Origin: an uncultured delta proteobacterium
GTDB lineage: Bacteria > Myxococcota > Myxococcia > Myxococcales > Myxococcaceae
DNA length: 64,000 nt
Direction: 5' to 3'
Assembly: GCA_963771175.1 (NCBI GenBank)
Contig: CAVYSY010000039.1
Span: 384,001-448,000, forward strand
Shown: positions 32,005 to 42,595 of the stretch, one piece after another
Position numbering within the stretch: position 1 is the first letter of the stretch
Layout: each line of letters opens with the position of its first letter
The notes under the pieces: model-generated
Databases searched by the model: none
What the model was told of the DNA's origin: nothing
The model's input: only the letters and a program-made list of their open reading frames with translations
Made by a program: the position numbers and the translations under genes

Positions 32005-32889
32005 GCTCACGACCGGCAACGGGTGTGCGTCGGCCGACGGCCGCTGGATTCCCGCCGCGTCGTTCATCCGCCCGGAGCGGAACGGCTCGAGGTCCAGCGC
32101 CACGAACTTGAAGCCCAGCGCCTTGAGCGCCGTGTCCACCTGCCGCCGGAGCTCCGCCGAGAGGAAGCGCTCGTACTCCTCGGCCGCCAGCTCGATGCGC
32201 GCCACCTCCTGGTGGTAGCGCACCCGGAACTGCCGGAAGCCCAGCCGGCGCAGCTCGGACTCGGCCCCGGCGATCTGGAAGAGCCGCTCCCGCGTCACCG
32301 ACGGTGCCGTACGGAATGCGCGACGCCAGGCACGCCATCTGCGGCTTGTCCCACGTGGGCAGCCCCAGCGCGTGGCTCCAGGCGCGGATCTCCTCCTTCG
32401 TCAGCCCCGCCTGCCGCCAGCGGCGACCGCACCGCGGTGCTCCTGCGCCGCCTGGTGCCCGGGCCGGTGATCCTTGAAGTCGTCCGCGTTGAAGCCGTCC
32501 AGCACCACCTCCAGCCCCAGCTCCTTCCGCTTCGCCTCGCAGAGGTCGTACAGCTCCGTCTTGCAGAAGTAGCAGCGGTTGGTCGGGTTGGCCGCGTACT
32601 GGGGGTTGGACAGCTCGTCGCTCGACACCACCACGTGCCGGGCGCCCATGCGCGCCGCCAGCTCCCGCGCCTCGCGCTCCTCCTCGGGCGCCACCGACGC
32701 CGACAGCGCCGTCAGCGCCAGGGCGCGCTCGCCCAGCTCCTCCACGGCGATCTTCAGCACGAAGGTGGAGTCCACCCCGCCGGAGAAGGCCACCAGCGCC
32801 GAACCATGCGCGCGCAGGGCCGCGCGCATCGCGTCCAGCTTGGGGCGAGAGGACTCACACAGGGCCTGGATCCGCTCGGGGCTCAGCAT
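32002..32889 (-). CDS. larE: LarE-family ATP-dependent sulfur insertase (frameshifted)
   Basis: PP-loop AFSGGVDS, NPTNRCYFCK, DDFKDHRPG, WDKPQMACLASRIPYG, RVRYH and FRSGRMN motifs. Confidence 0.85.
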
Positions 32890-32907
32890 GGGCGTACCTC
32901 TATAAAC

Positions 32908-32950
32908 GAAGAACGCCCCGGTTGCCATACGCAACCTGGGGGTCCTCTTC
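32908..32950. terminator. Stem-loop between cysC and larE
   Basis: Imperfect inverted repeat CCCCGGTTGC-CATAC-GCAACCTGGGG. Confidence 0.45.
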
Positions 32951-32997
32951 ACATCTGGCTCGCGCCACTCCCTCGGTGGGAGTGCGTGGGGGCTCGA

Positions 32998-33752
32998 TTA
33001 GCGCGCCTTGCCGCTGCGCTTGGGAGCCGCCTTCTTGGTGGCCGCCGCCTTGGCCGCCGGCTTGCCCACCCGGGCCGCCCGCGCCGCGGGACGCGCCTTC
33101 GCGCCCTTGCCCGCCTTGGCCGCCGCCACCACCGGCATCTTGGTCGTCGGACGCGCGATCGTCTTCTTCGTCGGAGGCTGGGCCTTCATCTTCTTGCCGG
33201 TGATGATCTTCAGCTCGTCCACCGTCACGTACCCGAGGTCCAGCAGCGACTGGAAGATCTTCCGCGCGCCGTCCTCCACGCTCTCCTGATCCGAGTGGAG
33301 ACCACCTCGGCCGAGGCCGGCGGCTCGTACGGCTCGGTGATCCCGATGAAGTTGGGGATCTCACCGCTCAGCGCCTTCTTGTAGCGGCCCGTGCTGTCGC
33401 GCTCGATGAGCTTCTCGGTCGGGCAGTCGACGTACACCTCGATGTACCGGCCGATCGGCCGGCGGTTCTCCTCGCGGCCGGCCTTGTAGGGGCTCACGCT
33501 GGGAACCAGCACCGCCACGTTGTTGCGCGTGAGCAGGCCGGCCACGTACCCCAGCCGGCGGACGCACGAGATGCGCTCGTCCTTGCTGTCTCCAATGCCC
33601 GGCCAGAGCTCCTCCCCGACCTCGTTCTCGTCGAGGATCTCCACGTTGCGACCGACCTGCCGGAGCCGGGCCGCGATGTAGGCAGCCATCGTGCTCTTGC
33701 CGGTGCCGGACATGCCGGTCAGCCAAACGGTAAAACCAGTAGTCTGCGCCAT
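32998..33752 (-). CDS. cysC: Adenylyl-sulfate kinase-like protein with a Lys/Ala-rich C-terminal tail (frameshift near 33290)
   Basis: WLTGMSGTGKST, SPY, IEVYVDCP and YKKALSGEIPNFIGITEPYEPP; tail is in ORF 32998..33279. Confidence 0.78.
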
Positions 33753-33835
33753 ACGGATCCCAAACTCCCTGCGCTTCTTCTAAGGGTGGTGTTCTCCGTA
33801 CCCCCCAAGAGCGCGGCAGATCAAAAGTCGGGGCC

Positions 33836-33865
33836 GTTATAGACGAAAAACGCACCGGTTGACAA
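33836..33865 (-). promoter_or_regulatory. Putative sigma70 promoter for cysC
   Basis: Minus strand reads TTGTCA-N18-TATAAC in an AT-rich intergenic region. Confidence 0.45.
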
Positions 33866-33919
33866 TTCGTACCCACCTTTCCGCAGGTAGGGGGGGCAAG
33901 CGGCCAAGTGCCCGCCTTC

Positions 33920-34432
33920 TCAAGAGAATTCCAAGGGTTGGCGTGTTAACAATTCCCGCGAAACCCGCCGCTCCAGGAATTCTCCGCAACGCCACCAGAA
34001 AATTCCGGCCTCACTGACACACCCGGAGTGAACGGCCATGACGAGGTAGGAGACCCCGGGGATCAGCGGCAGTCCGTCCGGGGCGGCCATGCGTCGGTCT
34101 TCGTCGGAAAAGTACGCACCCGCGTCCACATGTGAGTGGAACACACACGCCACCTGCTCGCCGCGGGCCTCGGCCTCGGTGAGCACGGCGAGCCACTCGC
34201 GCGGATCGAACAGGTAGGCGGTCCGGGAGGTGCGAGGGAAGCGCACAGGCTCTCGCGCGTGGTGCTCGTCGTAGGCGTTGCGCAGGGGTCGGACCCGCCA
34301 GGCCCCACCCGCCCCCGCGCGCAGCAGCACCCCGCAGCCCTCCCGGGGGTAGGCGGACTCGAGGTGGCGGACGACTTCCGACAGGTCTTCCGGCAGCGCG
34401 GGGCCTCCGCTGGGATCAGCCGCACCGGCCAC
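33920..34432 (-). CDS. JAB/MPN+ (Mov34) metalloisopeptidase, Mec-like
   Basis: AYPREGCG and FHSHVDAGAYFSDED (E...HxHx10D). Confidence 0.85.
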   Translation of the reverse strand: MAGAADPSGGPALPEDLSEVVRHLESAYPREGCGVLLRAGAGGAWRVRPLRNAYDEHHAREPVRFPRTSRTAYLFDPREWLAVLTEAEARGEQVACVFHSHVDAGAYFSDEDRRMAAPDGLPLIPGVSYLVMAVHSGCVSEAGIFWWRCGEFLERRVSRELLTRQPLEFS

Positions 34433-35038
34433 AGCGCCGCACCTCCAGAGCGGTCATGCACGCCCGGGGCCTCCCACGCAGCACGCCCCCAGCGCCGGCC
34501 CCAGCCCGAGCAGCAGCCGCTGGAGGACCAACGCCCCCAGCGCGCCCAGGCCCACGCCGAGCGCTCCCGAGGGAGGGGCACGCAGTGAGGCGGTGGTGGC
34601 CTCGAAGCACCCGGCGCAGCCCTCCGGTGCCGCGGAAGACGACCACGCCCCGCGTCCCATCGCCTCCCAGCGCCACCCAGGGCCCCTCCCCGTCCCAGCA
34701 CCGCCGGCAGCTCCGCCAGCCGCCCGGTGCCGCGTCGGAGGGAGCGCGTCCGGGTTGACGTCCGGCAGCACCCGCCCGAGCACCTCCGAGGCCGGCTGCA
34801 CCCACGTCCGCCGCGCGGGACGAGGAAGCCCTCGGCGCCGGCGCCGACAGCGGCTGCGGGCCCGCCGCCACCGGCGTGCCCCCGGCCGCCAGGTACGCCG
34901 CGGCCGTCAGCCCCGCCGGACCCGTGGCCACCAGTCGCACGCGCCTCCGGCCAGCAGCGCCTCCTGACCGCGCCCGCCCACCTCGCGCAGGAGGATCTGC
35001 CGCGAGTAGCGGAGAATCTGTTCCTCGCGCAGCGCCAT
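34416..35038 (-). CDS. Short or degenerate ThiF/MoeB-like protein (heavily frameshifted)
   Basis: MALREEQILRYSRQILLREVGGRGQEALL; AAAYLAAGG; NPD; CxxC. Confidence 0.6.
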
Positions 35039-35042
35039 CGCC

Positions 35043-35318
35043 CTACCCTCCGGCGATGGCCGGGATGAGGGTGAGGCGGTCTCGCCTCCGCCACGGGCGT
35101 GTCCAGCTCCTGCAGGAAGCGGATGTCCTCGTCGTTGAGGAAGACGTTCACGTAGCGGCGCACCGCGCCCTTGTCGTCGAGCAGCCGCGCGCCGATGCCC
35201 GGACAGCGCCTTGTCCAGGTTGCGCAGCACCTCGCGCCACGGTGGCGCCCGCGACGCGCACCTCGTCCTTGTTCTTCGTGAAGCTCCGCAGGGAGGTGGG
35301 AATGCGGACCGTCGCCAT
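35043..35318 (-). CDS. Ubiquitin-like sulfur carrier (MoaD/ThiS/CysO family)
   Basis: MATVRIPTSLRSFT...RRYVNVFLNDEDIRFLQ...; C-terminus reads IPAIAGG-stop. Confidence 0.82.
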
Positions 35319-35320
35319 GC

Positions 35321-35567
35321 TCAGCGTCCTCCCTGCTTGCGCAGCAGCAGCCGGTGGGTGCCGTCGCCGGCCGCGCCTCCAGGGACAGCACCTCGTGACC
35401 CTCGTCGCGCGCGCTGCGCGGCACGTTGCTGCAGCGGCTCGTCGCCCCGCAGCAGCACCTCCAGCACCGCGCCCGTCGTCGAGCGCCTCCAGCGCCAGCT
35501 TCGTGCGCACGTACGTCATCGGGCAGACCTCGCGGGTGATGTCCAGCGTCGCGGTCACCTCGTGCAT
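35321..35567 (-). CDS. TusA-family sulfurtransferase
   Basis: LDITREVCPMTYVRTKLALE (CPxx motif), then NVPRSARDEGHEV. Confidence 0.8.
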
Positions 35568-36328
35568 CGCGCGATCTCCTCGGCGAAGACGGGCGGGCGC
35601 GGCGCGCGGCGCAGCCCTCGCAGTCGGGCGCGCGGCGCACGCGCACCGTGCGCGGCCTCGCAGCGTGCGCCCCGTCGAGTACGTGCAGGGTGGCCTCGCC
35701 ACTCGCGGCCGGCGCCGCGCCCTCGAGCCGCTCCAGCACCAGCAGCGCCTGCAGCGCGCCCATCAGCCCCGCCATGGAGCCGAGCACCCCCGCCTGCGCG
35801 CAGGTGGGCACCGCGTCCGGAGAGGGCGGCTCCTCGTACAGGCAGCGCAGGCACGGCCCGCCCGGGCTCCACGCGCATCGCCTGCCCCTGCATCCGCAGC
35901 ACCCCGCCGTAGACCAGCGGCACGCCCGTGGCCACCGCCACGTCCGACAGGAAGAACTTCGTCGCCGTGCCGTCGGTGGCGTCCACCACCGCGTCATGCG
36001 GCTCGAAACAGGGCGGCGGCGTTGCGATCGTCCACCCGCTCGGCGAGCGTCTCCACGCACAGGGCCGGGAAGGCGCGCCGCAGCCCCGCCGCGGCGCGAC
36101 TCCACCTTGGACCGGCCCACGTCCGCGGTGCGGTGCCACAGCTGGCGGTGGAGGTTCGTCACGTCCACCCGATCCGGGTCCACGAGCGTCAGCTGCCCCA
36201 CACCCGCCTGCGGCGAGCGCCAGCGAGGCCGGACAACCCAGTCCGCCCGCGCCCACCACCAGCACCCGCGCCGAAGCCACTCGTTCCACGCGAGCGACCC
36301 TCGCCGAGCCCCCGCCCGCCGTCAACAT
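35555..36328 (-). CDS. HesA/MoeB/ThiF adenylyltransferase (frameshifted)
   Basis: VLVVGAGGLGCP, DRVDVTNLHRQ, DATD, PCLRCLY, TCAQAGVLG and a terminal CxxC. Confidence 0.82.
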   Translation of the reverse strand: MLTAGGGSARVARVERVASARVLVVGAGGLGCPASLALAAGGCGAADARGPGSGGRDEPPPPAVAPHRGRGPVQGGVAPRRGCGAPSRPCAWRRSPSGWTIATPPPCFEPHDAVVDATDGTATKFFLSDVAVATGVPLVYGGVLRMQGQAMRVEPGRAVPALPVRGAALSGRGAHLRAGGGARLHGGADGRAAGAAGAGAARGRGAGREWRGHPARTRRGARCEAAHGARAPRARLRGLRRAPRPPVFAEEIARCTR

Positions 36329-36447
36329 GCGCGGCGAAAAGCTGCCCGTCACGGGACGTAACGAATATCTTCCAGCCCCGCTCCGTCCCCTCTGACTGAA
36401 GCGCCTCCGACTGGAGCACCTTCCCACCCTCGCCTCTTCGAGGACCC

Positions 36448-36843
36448 ATGAGACACGCGCTCGCCTTCCTCACCCTCGCCTTCCTCGTCGCCGGCTGCCC
36501 CAAGAAACACCGGGGAGAACGGCCAGGGCCCCGTGGACAACCCCTCCTACCGCGATGCCGGCCAGCAGACCCCGCCACCGGCCACCGTCTCGCGGCGCGA
36601 TCCCCGAGGATGCCGGGCGAGCACCGCAGGCCCAGGGCGGCAACGCGACCGCGGAGGCCTGCGTGGACCGCTGGCTCCAGGAGCACAAGCTGGACCGCTA
36701 CGGCAACGCCGAGGGCACCATGTACACGGGCGGCACCCCGCTCTTCAACGAGGCCACCGGCGAGTCGCGGGACCGCCTCGAGTACGTCTTCGAGCGCCAG
36801 CCCGAGGCTCGCAAGGCCTGCGCCCGCCAAGGCCGCCCAGTAG
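36448..36843 (+). CDS. Small lipoprotein (frameshifted)
   Basis: Lipobox LVAGC; conserved-looking block LDRYGNAEGTMYTGGTPLFNEATGESRDRLEY. Confidence 0.65.
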   Translation: MRHALAFLTLAFLVAGCPKKHRGERPGPRGQPLLPRCRPADPATGHRLAARSPRMPGEHRRPRAATRPRRPAWTAGSRSTSWTATATPRAPCTRAAPRSSTRPPASRGTASSTSSSASPRLARPAPAKAAQ

Positions 36844-36944
36844 TCCTCCCGCACCCCGCCTGCCTCCCACCCGCCAGGGGGGCGGGCGCCATCCTGGGTG
36901 AAGAGATTCCCGGAAACCCGGCAGTCCCATAAGCTGCCGGCCCG

Positions 36945-38235
36945 ATGGAACCCGCGTTCGCCCTGGACGATGACAAGCCCGACTCGCACCGGCGCGCCCG
37001 CGTGCGCGCGGTGCTCGAGCGACGCAAGCTGACCGGCAGCGTCTCCGCCGAGCAGGCCGCCGCCTCGTGGGAGCAGGATCGCTTCGTGGCCCGGGCCCGC
37101 GCCCTCTTCTACGCGCGGCTGATGTTCCTCACCCTGGGCCTGGCCATCCTCGCGGTGCCCAAGTGGTCCTTCTACTTCGGCCTGCACGGCACCTTCGCCT
37201 TCGCCGGCTACTTCGCGATGCTGCTCTACAGCGTCGCGAACTTCACTGGTCATCGACCACCCGCAAGGCCGGCCGCTGGGTGACGTACGTCACCCTCTGC
37301 CTCGACCTGGTCATCATGGTGGTGCTGGTCGTCAAGCCCCAGCTCGGCGGCGGCCTGCAGAGCCCGCTGCTCGCCACGCAGCTGCTCTTCACCACGCTCT
37401 TCGCCCTCCTCTACCCCAAGCCGCTGGCCATCCTGCCGCCGCTGCTGGCGCTGCCCGTCACCACCCGGCTGGATCTGCTCCTCGACCGCAGCAACGTCAC
37501 CGCCATCGAGGTGCTCACCCTGCTTCTGGTACTCGCGCGCTCAACTTCATCATCGTCTACGTGCTGGTGTACCTGAACGAGCGCGAGGCCGCCGCCCACC
37601 GCGAGGTGGTGGAGCTCCAGGGCGACCTCAAGGAGCTGGCGGTGGTGGAGGAGCGCAACCGGCTCGCCCGGGAGATCCACGACGGCCTGGGCGCCTCGCT
37701 CTCCTCGCTGATCATCCAGGCCGAGTTCATCCTCGGCATGGCGAAGGAGGACTCGCCCCTGCGCTCGGAGATCACCGAGCTGAAGGCCACCGCCGAGGAG
37801 TCCATCGAGGAGCTGCGGCGCAACCTGCAGATGATGCGCGAGGACTTCGAGCTGACGCAGGGGCTCGAGGACTACGTGAAGACGTTCAGCGAGCGCACCC
37901 AGGTGGACATGCGCTTCGAGCGCAGCGGCCTGCCGCGCAAGCTGACCCCGGATGCCCAGCTCGCCCTCTTCCGCGTGCTGCAGGAGTGCCTCTCCAACGC
38001 CGTCAAGCACGCCGAGGCCAGGCACGTCCAGGTGAAGCTCGACTTCGACCTGGAGCGCGTGCACCTCATCGTCCGCGACGACGGCAAGGGCTTCGATCCC
38101 AAGCGCACGCCCCGCGGCCACTACGGCCTGCTCAACATGCGCGAGCGCGCCATGAAGCTCGGCGGCGAGCTCATCGTGGACTCGACGCCCGGCGCCGGCA
38201 CCCGCGTGTCCTTCTCCCTCCCCTCTCCCTCCTGA
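36945..38235 (+). CDS. Membrane sensor histidine kinase, HisKA_3 (NarX/LiaS type; frameshifted)
   Basis: EERNRLAREIHDGLG, QECLSNAVKHA, DDGKGF and YGLLNMRERA motifs. Confidence 0.88.
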
Positions 38236-38246
38236 CCCGAGCCCCC

Positions 38247-38991
38247 GTGGACACCACGCCCGACGGACGCCCTCCCCCATCCGCGTCTTCGTCGTCGAGG
38301 ATCAGACGAAGATCCTCAAGAACCAGCTCAAGCTGCTCGAGGGCCACCGGGAGCATCGAGATCGTCGGCACCGCGCTGTCCGGCGAGGCCGCGCTCGAGG
38401 AGGTCGCCACGGCCACGCCCGGACGTGCTGCTGCTGGACCTCGGCCTGCCGCGCATGAGCGGCATCGACGTCACCCGCGCAGGTGAAGGCGCGAGCTGGC
38501 CCCAGGTGGAGATCCTCATCTTCACCATCTTCGACGAGGAGGACAAAGTCCTCGAGGCGGTGAAGGCCGGCGCCTCGGGCTACCTGCTCAAGGGCACGCC
38601 CGCGGACAAGATCGTCGAGGCCATCAAGGAGGTGCGCGCCGGCGGCACCGTCATCCAGCCCAACCTCGCGCGCCGACTGCTGCGCCACTTCCGCGTGGAG
38701 CCGGATGCCAGCCCCGTGGCCACCGAGCCCGTCGCCGCGGCTCCCACCCCGGCGGAGCCGCCCACGCCCACCGAAGCGGCCGAGCCCCTGCTCAAGCCGC
38801 TGTCGGACCGCGAGACGGAGATCCTCCAGCTCATCGCCAAGGGCGTGTCCAACAGCGAGGCGGCCAAGCTGCTCGACCTCTCCAAGGCCACCATCCGCAC
38901 CCACCTGGAGCACATCTACCGCAAGCTCGAGGTGACCAACCGCGTGGAGGCCGTCACCGAGGGCATCCGCAAGGGCCTCATCTCGGTCTGA
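38247..38991 (+). CDS. NarL/LuxR-family response regulator (frameshifted N-terminus)
   Basis: VVED, LLDLGLPRMSG, GYLLK and LSDRETEILQLIAKG...TIRTHLEHIYRKL. Confidence 0.88.
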
Positions 38992-39003
38992 CGGGGTGAC
39001 GCC

Positions 39004-40623
39004 TCACCAGGAGGCGGTCACTCCCGCGATGATGCTGGAGAAGGTGTCCTCGGCCACGCCGCCAGTGGTCCAGCCGCGCCGGGTGCCCGCCCCCTCGAAG
39101 CGATCGAGGTAGTGCTCCAGCCGGAAGCGCGCGGAGTAGCCCAGCGGGCCCCAGATGTCGCCCGCCACGCCCAGCTCCGCCGCCCAGCCCAGGCTCGACA
39201 CCGTCTGGCCGTAGTCGCGCACCTCGGCGATGTACGAGCCGTCCTCGTCCCCGATCGACTGACCGGGGTTGGGCCGGATGAAGAGCTGGCCCGCGCCCTC
39301 GAGGCGCACCGCGCGCACCAGCGGCACCGACACGTCCACCCCCACCGCCGGATAGAACCGGTGCGTCACGGGCAGCGGGCTCTCCACCGTCTCGTCCACG
39401 TCGAAGGACCGGCCGAGCGCTCCCAGTCGGATCCCCCCGTAGCCCCACGCCGGCTCGCCGGTCTTCCCCAGGTCGAAGAAATAGCGGTACGCGAGCATGG
39501 CCCCGTAGGCCGTATCCGTCGCGTAGACCTCGCGCTCGGGCGTGGAGCCAGAGGGAGAGGACACCTGCACCGTCGTCTTCGCGAAGCTCCGCTGGTAGCC
39601 CAGGGTGAGCCCCACGCCCCGCAGCAGCGAGGGCCAGTGCGACAGGGGGAACACCTCCGCCTCCGCGGCAATCCCCACGTAGGGCGCCGCCGAGCTGAAG
39701 TCCGCGATGTCCCCCACCTGCTGCTCCGGAGGCCGCGCGTCGAACTCGGCGCACGACTCCACGCCCGGCCGCGCGCAGTACTTGCGCCACGTCACCGCTG
39801 CACCGAGGAGCACCCTCACCCACGGAGGGGACCTCCTCTCGACCGACGTGCCCTGAGCGTCGGTCCCCTGCGCCTCGGGAAAGCCTCCGGCGCTGCCAGG
39901 GAGCTCCGTGGTGTACGTGTGCGACTCCTCGTCCAGCTCCGCCCACGCGGGCACGGGCTCCTGCGCCGGCTTGCGCTCGGGCGTGAGCGCCGGTGCGGAG
40001 GCGACCCCCGGTGACGGCGACTCCGGCTCCAGCGACCTGGGTGGCTCCACCGCCTCGGGCTCACCCTGGGCCACCGCCTGGGACTCGGGGGCTGGCTGCA
40101 CCGTGGGTTCCGGCTCCGGCGTGGGCTGGGCCACGGGCTCGGGCTCGGGCCGAGGCGCGGGGGCGGGCTGATTCGCCGCCTTCACCGCGGAGGCCACGGC
40201 CAGGGCGAGATGCTGGGCCTCCTCCCGCGGGAGCAGCCCGCGCTTCAGCAGGTACTCGCCGGCCCAGACCTCCCGGCCGTCCCGGGCCACGAGCCGGGCG
40301 ATGAAGGTCTCCCCCGCCGAGCCCGTGAGGACCGCATCCACCTTGAGCTTCGTCGCCAGGCGCGTCACCCCCTCGGGAGCCACGGCGGCGGGGCCGCGCA
40401 GACCCAGCTTCACGGCCGCCTTCCCATAGGCCGCGGGCGGCAGCACCTGCACCTTGCGCGTCTTGCGCAGCGCCGCCGTCACCTGGGCGCGGAGCCGATG
40501 ATTCTTGTCCCCCTCGAGCGTGGAGACGGCCACGCGCTCGGCGAGTGCGATCTGCGAGGTGAGCAGCACGGCCAGGGCCAGCGACACGCCCCAGCGACAC
40601 ATCCAGGATCCAGAGGCCTTCAT
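39004..40623 (-). CDS. Secreted protein with a Pro-rich linker and C-terminal outer-membrane beta-barrel
   Basis: Signal peptide, PEP-rich spacer, amphipathic beta strands ending GVTASW. Confidence 0.7.
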   Translation of the reverse strand: MKASGSWMCRWGVSLALAVLLTSQIALAERVAVSTLEGDKNHRLRAQVTAALRKTRKVQVLPPAAYGKAAVKLGLRGPAAVAPEGVTRLATKLKVDAVLTGSAGETFIARLVARDGREVWAGEYLLKRGLLPREEAQHLALAVASAVKAANQPAPAPRPEPEPVAQPTPEPEPTVQPAPESQAVAQGEPEAVEPPRSLEPESPSPGVASAPALTPERKPAQEPVPAWAELDEESHTYTTELPGSAGGFPEAQGTDAQGTSVERRSPPWVRVLLGAAVTWRKYCARPGVESCAEFDARPPEQQVGDIADFSSAAPYVGIAAEAEVFPLSHWPSLLRGVGLTLGYQRSFAKTTVQVSSPSGSTPEREVYATDTAYGAMLAYRYFFDLGKTGEPAWGYGGIRLGALGRSFDVDETVESPLPVTHRFYPAVGVDVSVPLVRAVRLEGAGQLFIRPNPGQSIGDEDGSYIAEVRDYGQTVSSLGWAAELGVAGDIWGPLGYSARFRLEHYLDRFEGAGTRRGWTTGGVAEDTFSSIIAGVTASW

Positions 40624-40676
40624 GGATGCCCGGCAGCCTCACCCACCGCGCGGGCCCTTGTCCAGACTCGCGCGTC

Positions 40677-41795
40677 TCAGCCCTCGACGATGGAGGGCGT
40701 GGGCTCGGCCACTGGCTGCGCCACCGGCTCGGCGGAGGGCTTGAGCGGCGGGGTCGACCGGAGCCCCAGGAAGTCACGCCGGTAGATGCGCACCATGGCC
40801 ATGAAGAGCGAGGCGATGAGCGGCCCCACCAGCAGCCCCATCATCCCGAACACCGCCAACCCGCCGAACATGGAGAGGAAGACGAGCAGCGGGTGGAGTG
40901 CCATCCGCGAGCCACACAGCTTCGGCCGCAGCACGTTGTCGATGCTGCTCACCACGAAGGCGCCCCAGGCCAGCAGGAAGACGCCCTCGTTCACCTTGCC
41001 GGTCACCAGCAGCACCACGCCGATGGGCCCCCAGACGAGCGCCGTGCCCCCCACCGGCACCATCGCCACCAGCACCATGGCCGCGCCCCACACTCCCGCG
41101 TGCGGCACCCGCGCCAGCATCAGCCCCACCGTCCCCATCGCCCCCTGCACCAGCGCGGTGATGGTGTTGCCATAGACGATGGCGTGCGCCACGTCGGTGA
41201 ACTCCTGCGCGAACGCCTGGATGTAGCGCTTGTCGAGCGGGATGAGCCGGGTCGCCTCGGACCACAGGCGGCGGCCGTCGAGGAAGAAGTAGTACATGGC
41301 GACCGTCATCAGGAACAGGTCGACGACCAGCTCGGTGCCGGCGCCCAGCACGTCCTTGAGGACGGAGGCCCCGCTGGCCACCGCGCTCATCAGCGCCTGA
41401 TCCGCCGGCGAGCCCTCCACGGGGGCATAGCGCCGCAGCCCGCGGGGCAGACTCGCCACGAGCTGCTGGCGCAGGTCCACCCGGTCGAGCAGCTCCTGCG
41501 CGTGCACCATCAGCCCGAGCACCTCGCGCGCCACCAGCCACCCCACCACCGCCAGCGGCACGAGGATGAGCAGGAAGACCGCCACGGTGGACAGGCCCGC
41601 GCACAGCGAGGGATGGCCCCGCAGCCGGCTGCGACACAGAGCGTCCTGCAGGGGCCGGAACAGCACCACCAGGAAGCCGCCCAACAGCACCGGCATCAGG
41701 AAAGGAAGAAGGATCCTCGAGAAGAGGACCAACGCCAGGGCGAAGAGCCCGGCGAAGATAAGATTGGACCAACGCTTCGTGTCGAGCCCCGTCAC
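40677..41795 (-). CDS. AI-2E family transporter
   Basis: YYFFLDG, VQGAMG, IDNVLRPKL and FGMMGLLVGP motifs; multiple TM helices. Confidence 0.88.
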   Translation of the reverse strand: MTGLDTKRWSNLIFAGLFALALVLFSRILLPFLMPVLLGGFLVVLFRPLQDALCRSRLRGHPSLCAGLSTVAVFLLILVPLAVVGWLVAREVLGLMVHAQELLDRVDLRQQLVASLPRGLRRYAPVEGSPADQALMSAVASGASVLKDVLGAGTELVVDLFLMTVAMYYFFLDGRRLWSEATRLIPLDKRYIQAFAQEFTDVAHAIVYGNTITALVQGAMGTVGLMLARVPHAGVWGAAMVLVAMVPVGGTALVWGPIGVVLLVTGKVNEGVFLLAWGAFVVSSIDNVLRPKLCGSRMALHPLLVFLSMFGGLAVFGMMGLLVGPLIASLFMAMVRIYRRDFLGLRSTPPLKPSAEPVAQPVAEPTPSIVEG

Positions 41796-41904
41796 GCCGC
41801 CACCCCTCCGCCCACACTCACGCAAACCGCCCCGGACATGACAAAAGGTAGGAACGTCGTTTTCCTACCGGAAGTCCGGGCCCCCTCTCCGAGGTACACG
41901 ATCC

Positions 41905-42399
41905 ATGACTTCTGGACGCTTCTGGTTCCCCACCTGCACCTTCATGCTCGCGGGCACACTGCTGGCGGCCTCGCAGGGATGCGGTGGCGGCGGCTCGCCC
42001 TGCTCCGAGTGTCCACCCCTCGAGGGCCGCTATGCCCTGGAGTGGCAGGAGGACCCCCTGCCCACGGCCTGCAACGGGCTGACGGTGACACTGCCCGTGG
42101 GGCCCCTGGACGTGCAGCAGCGGGGCAGCAACGTCACCGCCACGCTGGACGGCTTGACGCTCCGCGGCACGCTCTACACGACCTACAACTTCAACCTGGT
42201 GGGGTTCGCCGACGGGACGGCGGATGGCGGCACCGGAGGACCTGACTCGGCGAGCCTGTCCGGACGCTACATCCCGGTCATCAGGGACGGAGGCGTGCCC
42301 CGACTGGAGGGAAACTGGCTGGGGGACTTCTCGGGCGCCAACGGAGGCGGCACCCGGCACTGCACGGTGACCCGCTCCTTCACGGCCACCCCCGAGTAG
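41905..42399 (+). CDS. Hypothetical lipoprotein
   Basis: Signal peptide ending SQGC; DGG motifs typical of myxobacterial lipoproteins. Confidence 0.65.
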   Translation: MTSGRFWFPTCTFMLAGTLLAASQGCGGGGSPCSECPPLEGRYALEWQEDPLPTACNGLTVTLPVGPLDVQQRGSNVTATLDGLTLRGTLYTTYNFNLVGFADGTADGGTGGPDSASLSGRYIPVIRDGGVPRLEGNWLGDFSGANGGGTRHCTVTRSFTATPE

Positions 42400-42448
42400 G
42401 CAGGCAGGCGTCCACGTGGGGAGCGGGTCCAAACGGACCGAGAGGAAG

Positions 42449-42556
42449 TTACTTCTTCTCTTCGGCCGCCTTGGCCGCCTTGCGCTTCAGCTGGCGCTTC
42501 CACTTCGCCTTGATCTGGTGCTGCACGCGGCGGTGCTTGCTCTTGCTGCGGGCCAT
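42449..42556 (-). CDS. 35-aa highly basic small protein
   Basis: AGGAG RBS, ATG...TAA, strongly biased codons: MARSKSKHRRVQHQIKAKWKRQLKRKAAKAAEEKK. Too short for the ORF track. Confidence 0.75.
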   Translation of the reverse strand: MARSKSKHRRVQHQIKAKWKRQLKRKAAKAAEEKK

Positions 42557-42595
42557 GTAGGTGTCTCCTGATGTGGGAGTAAGAAAGAAGGGCGC

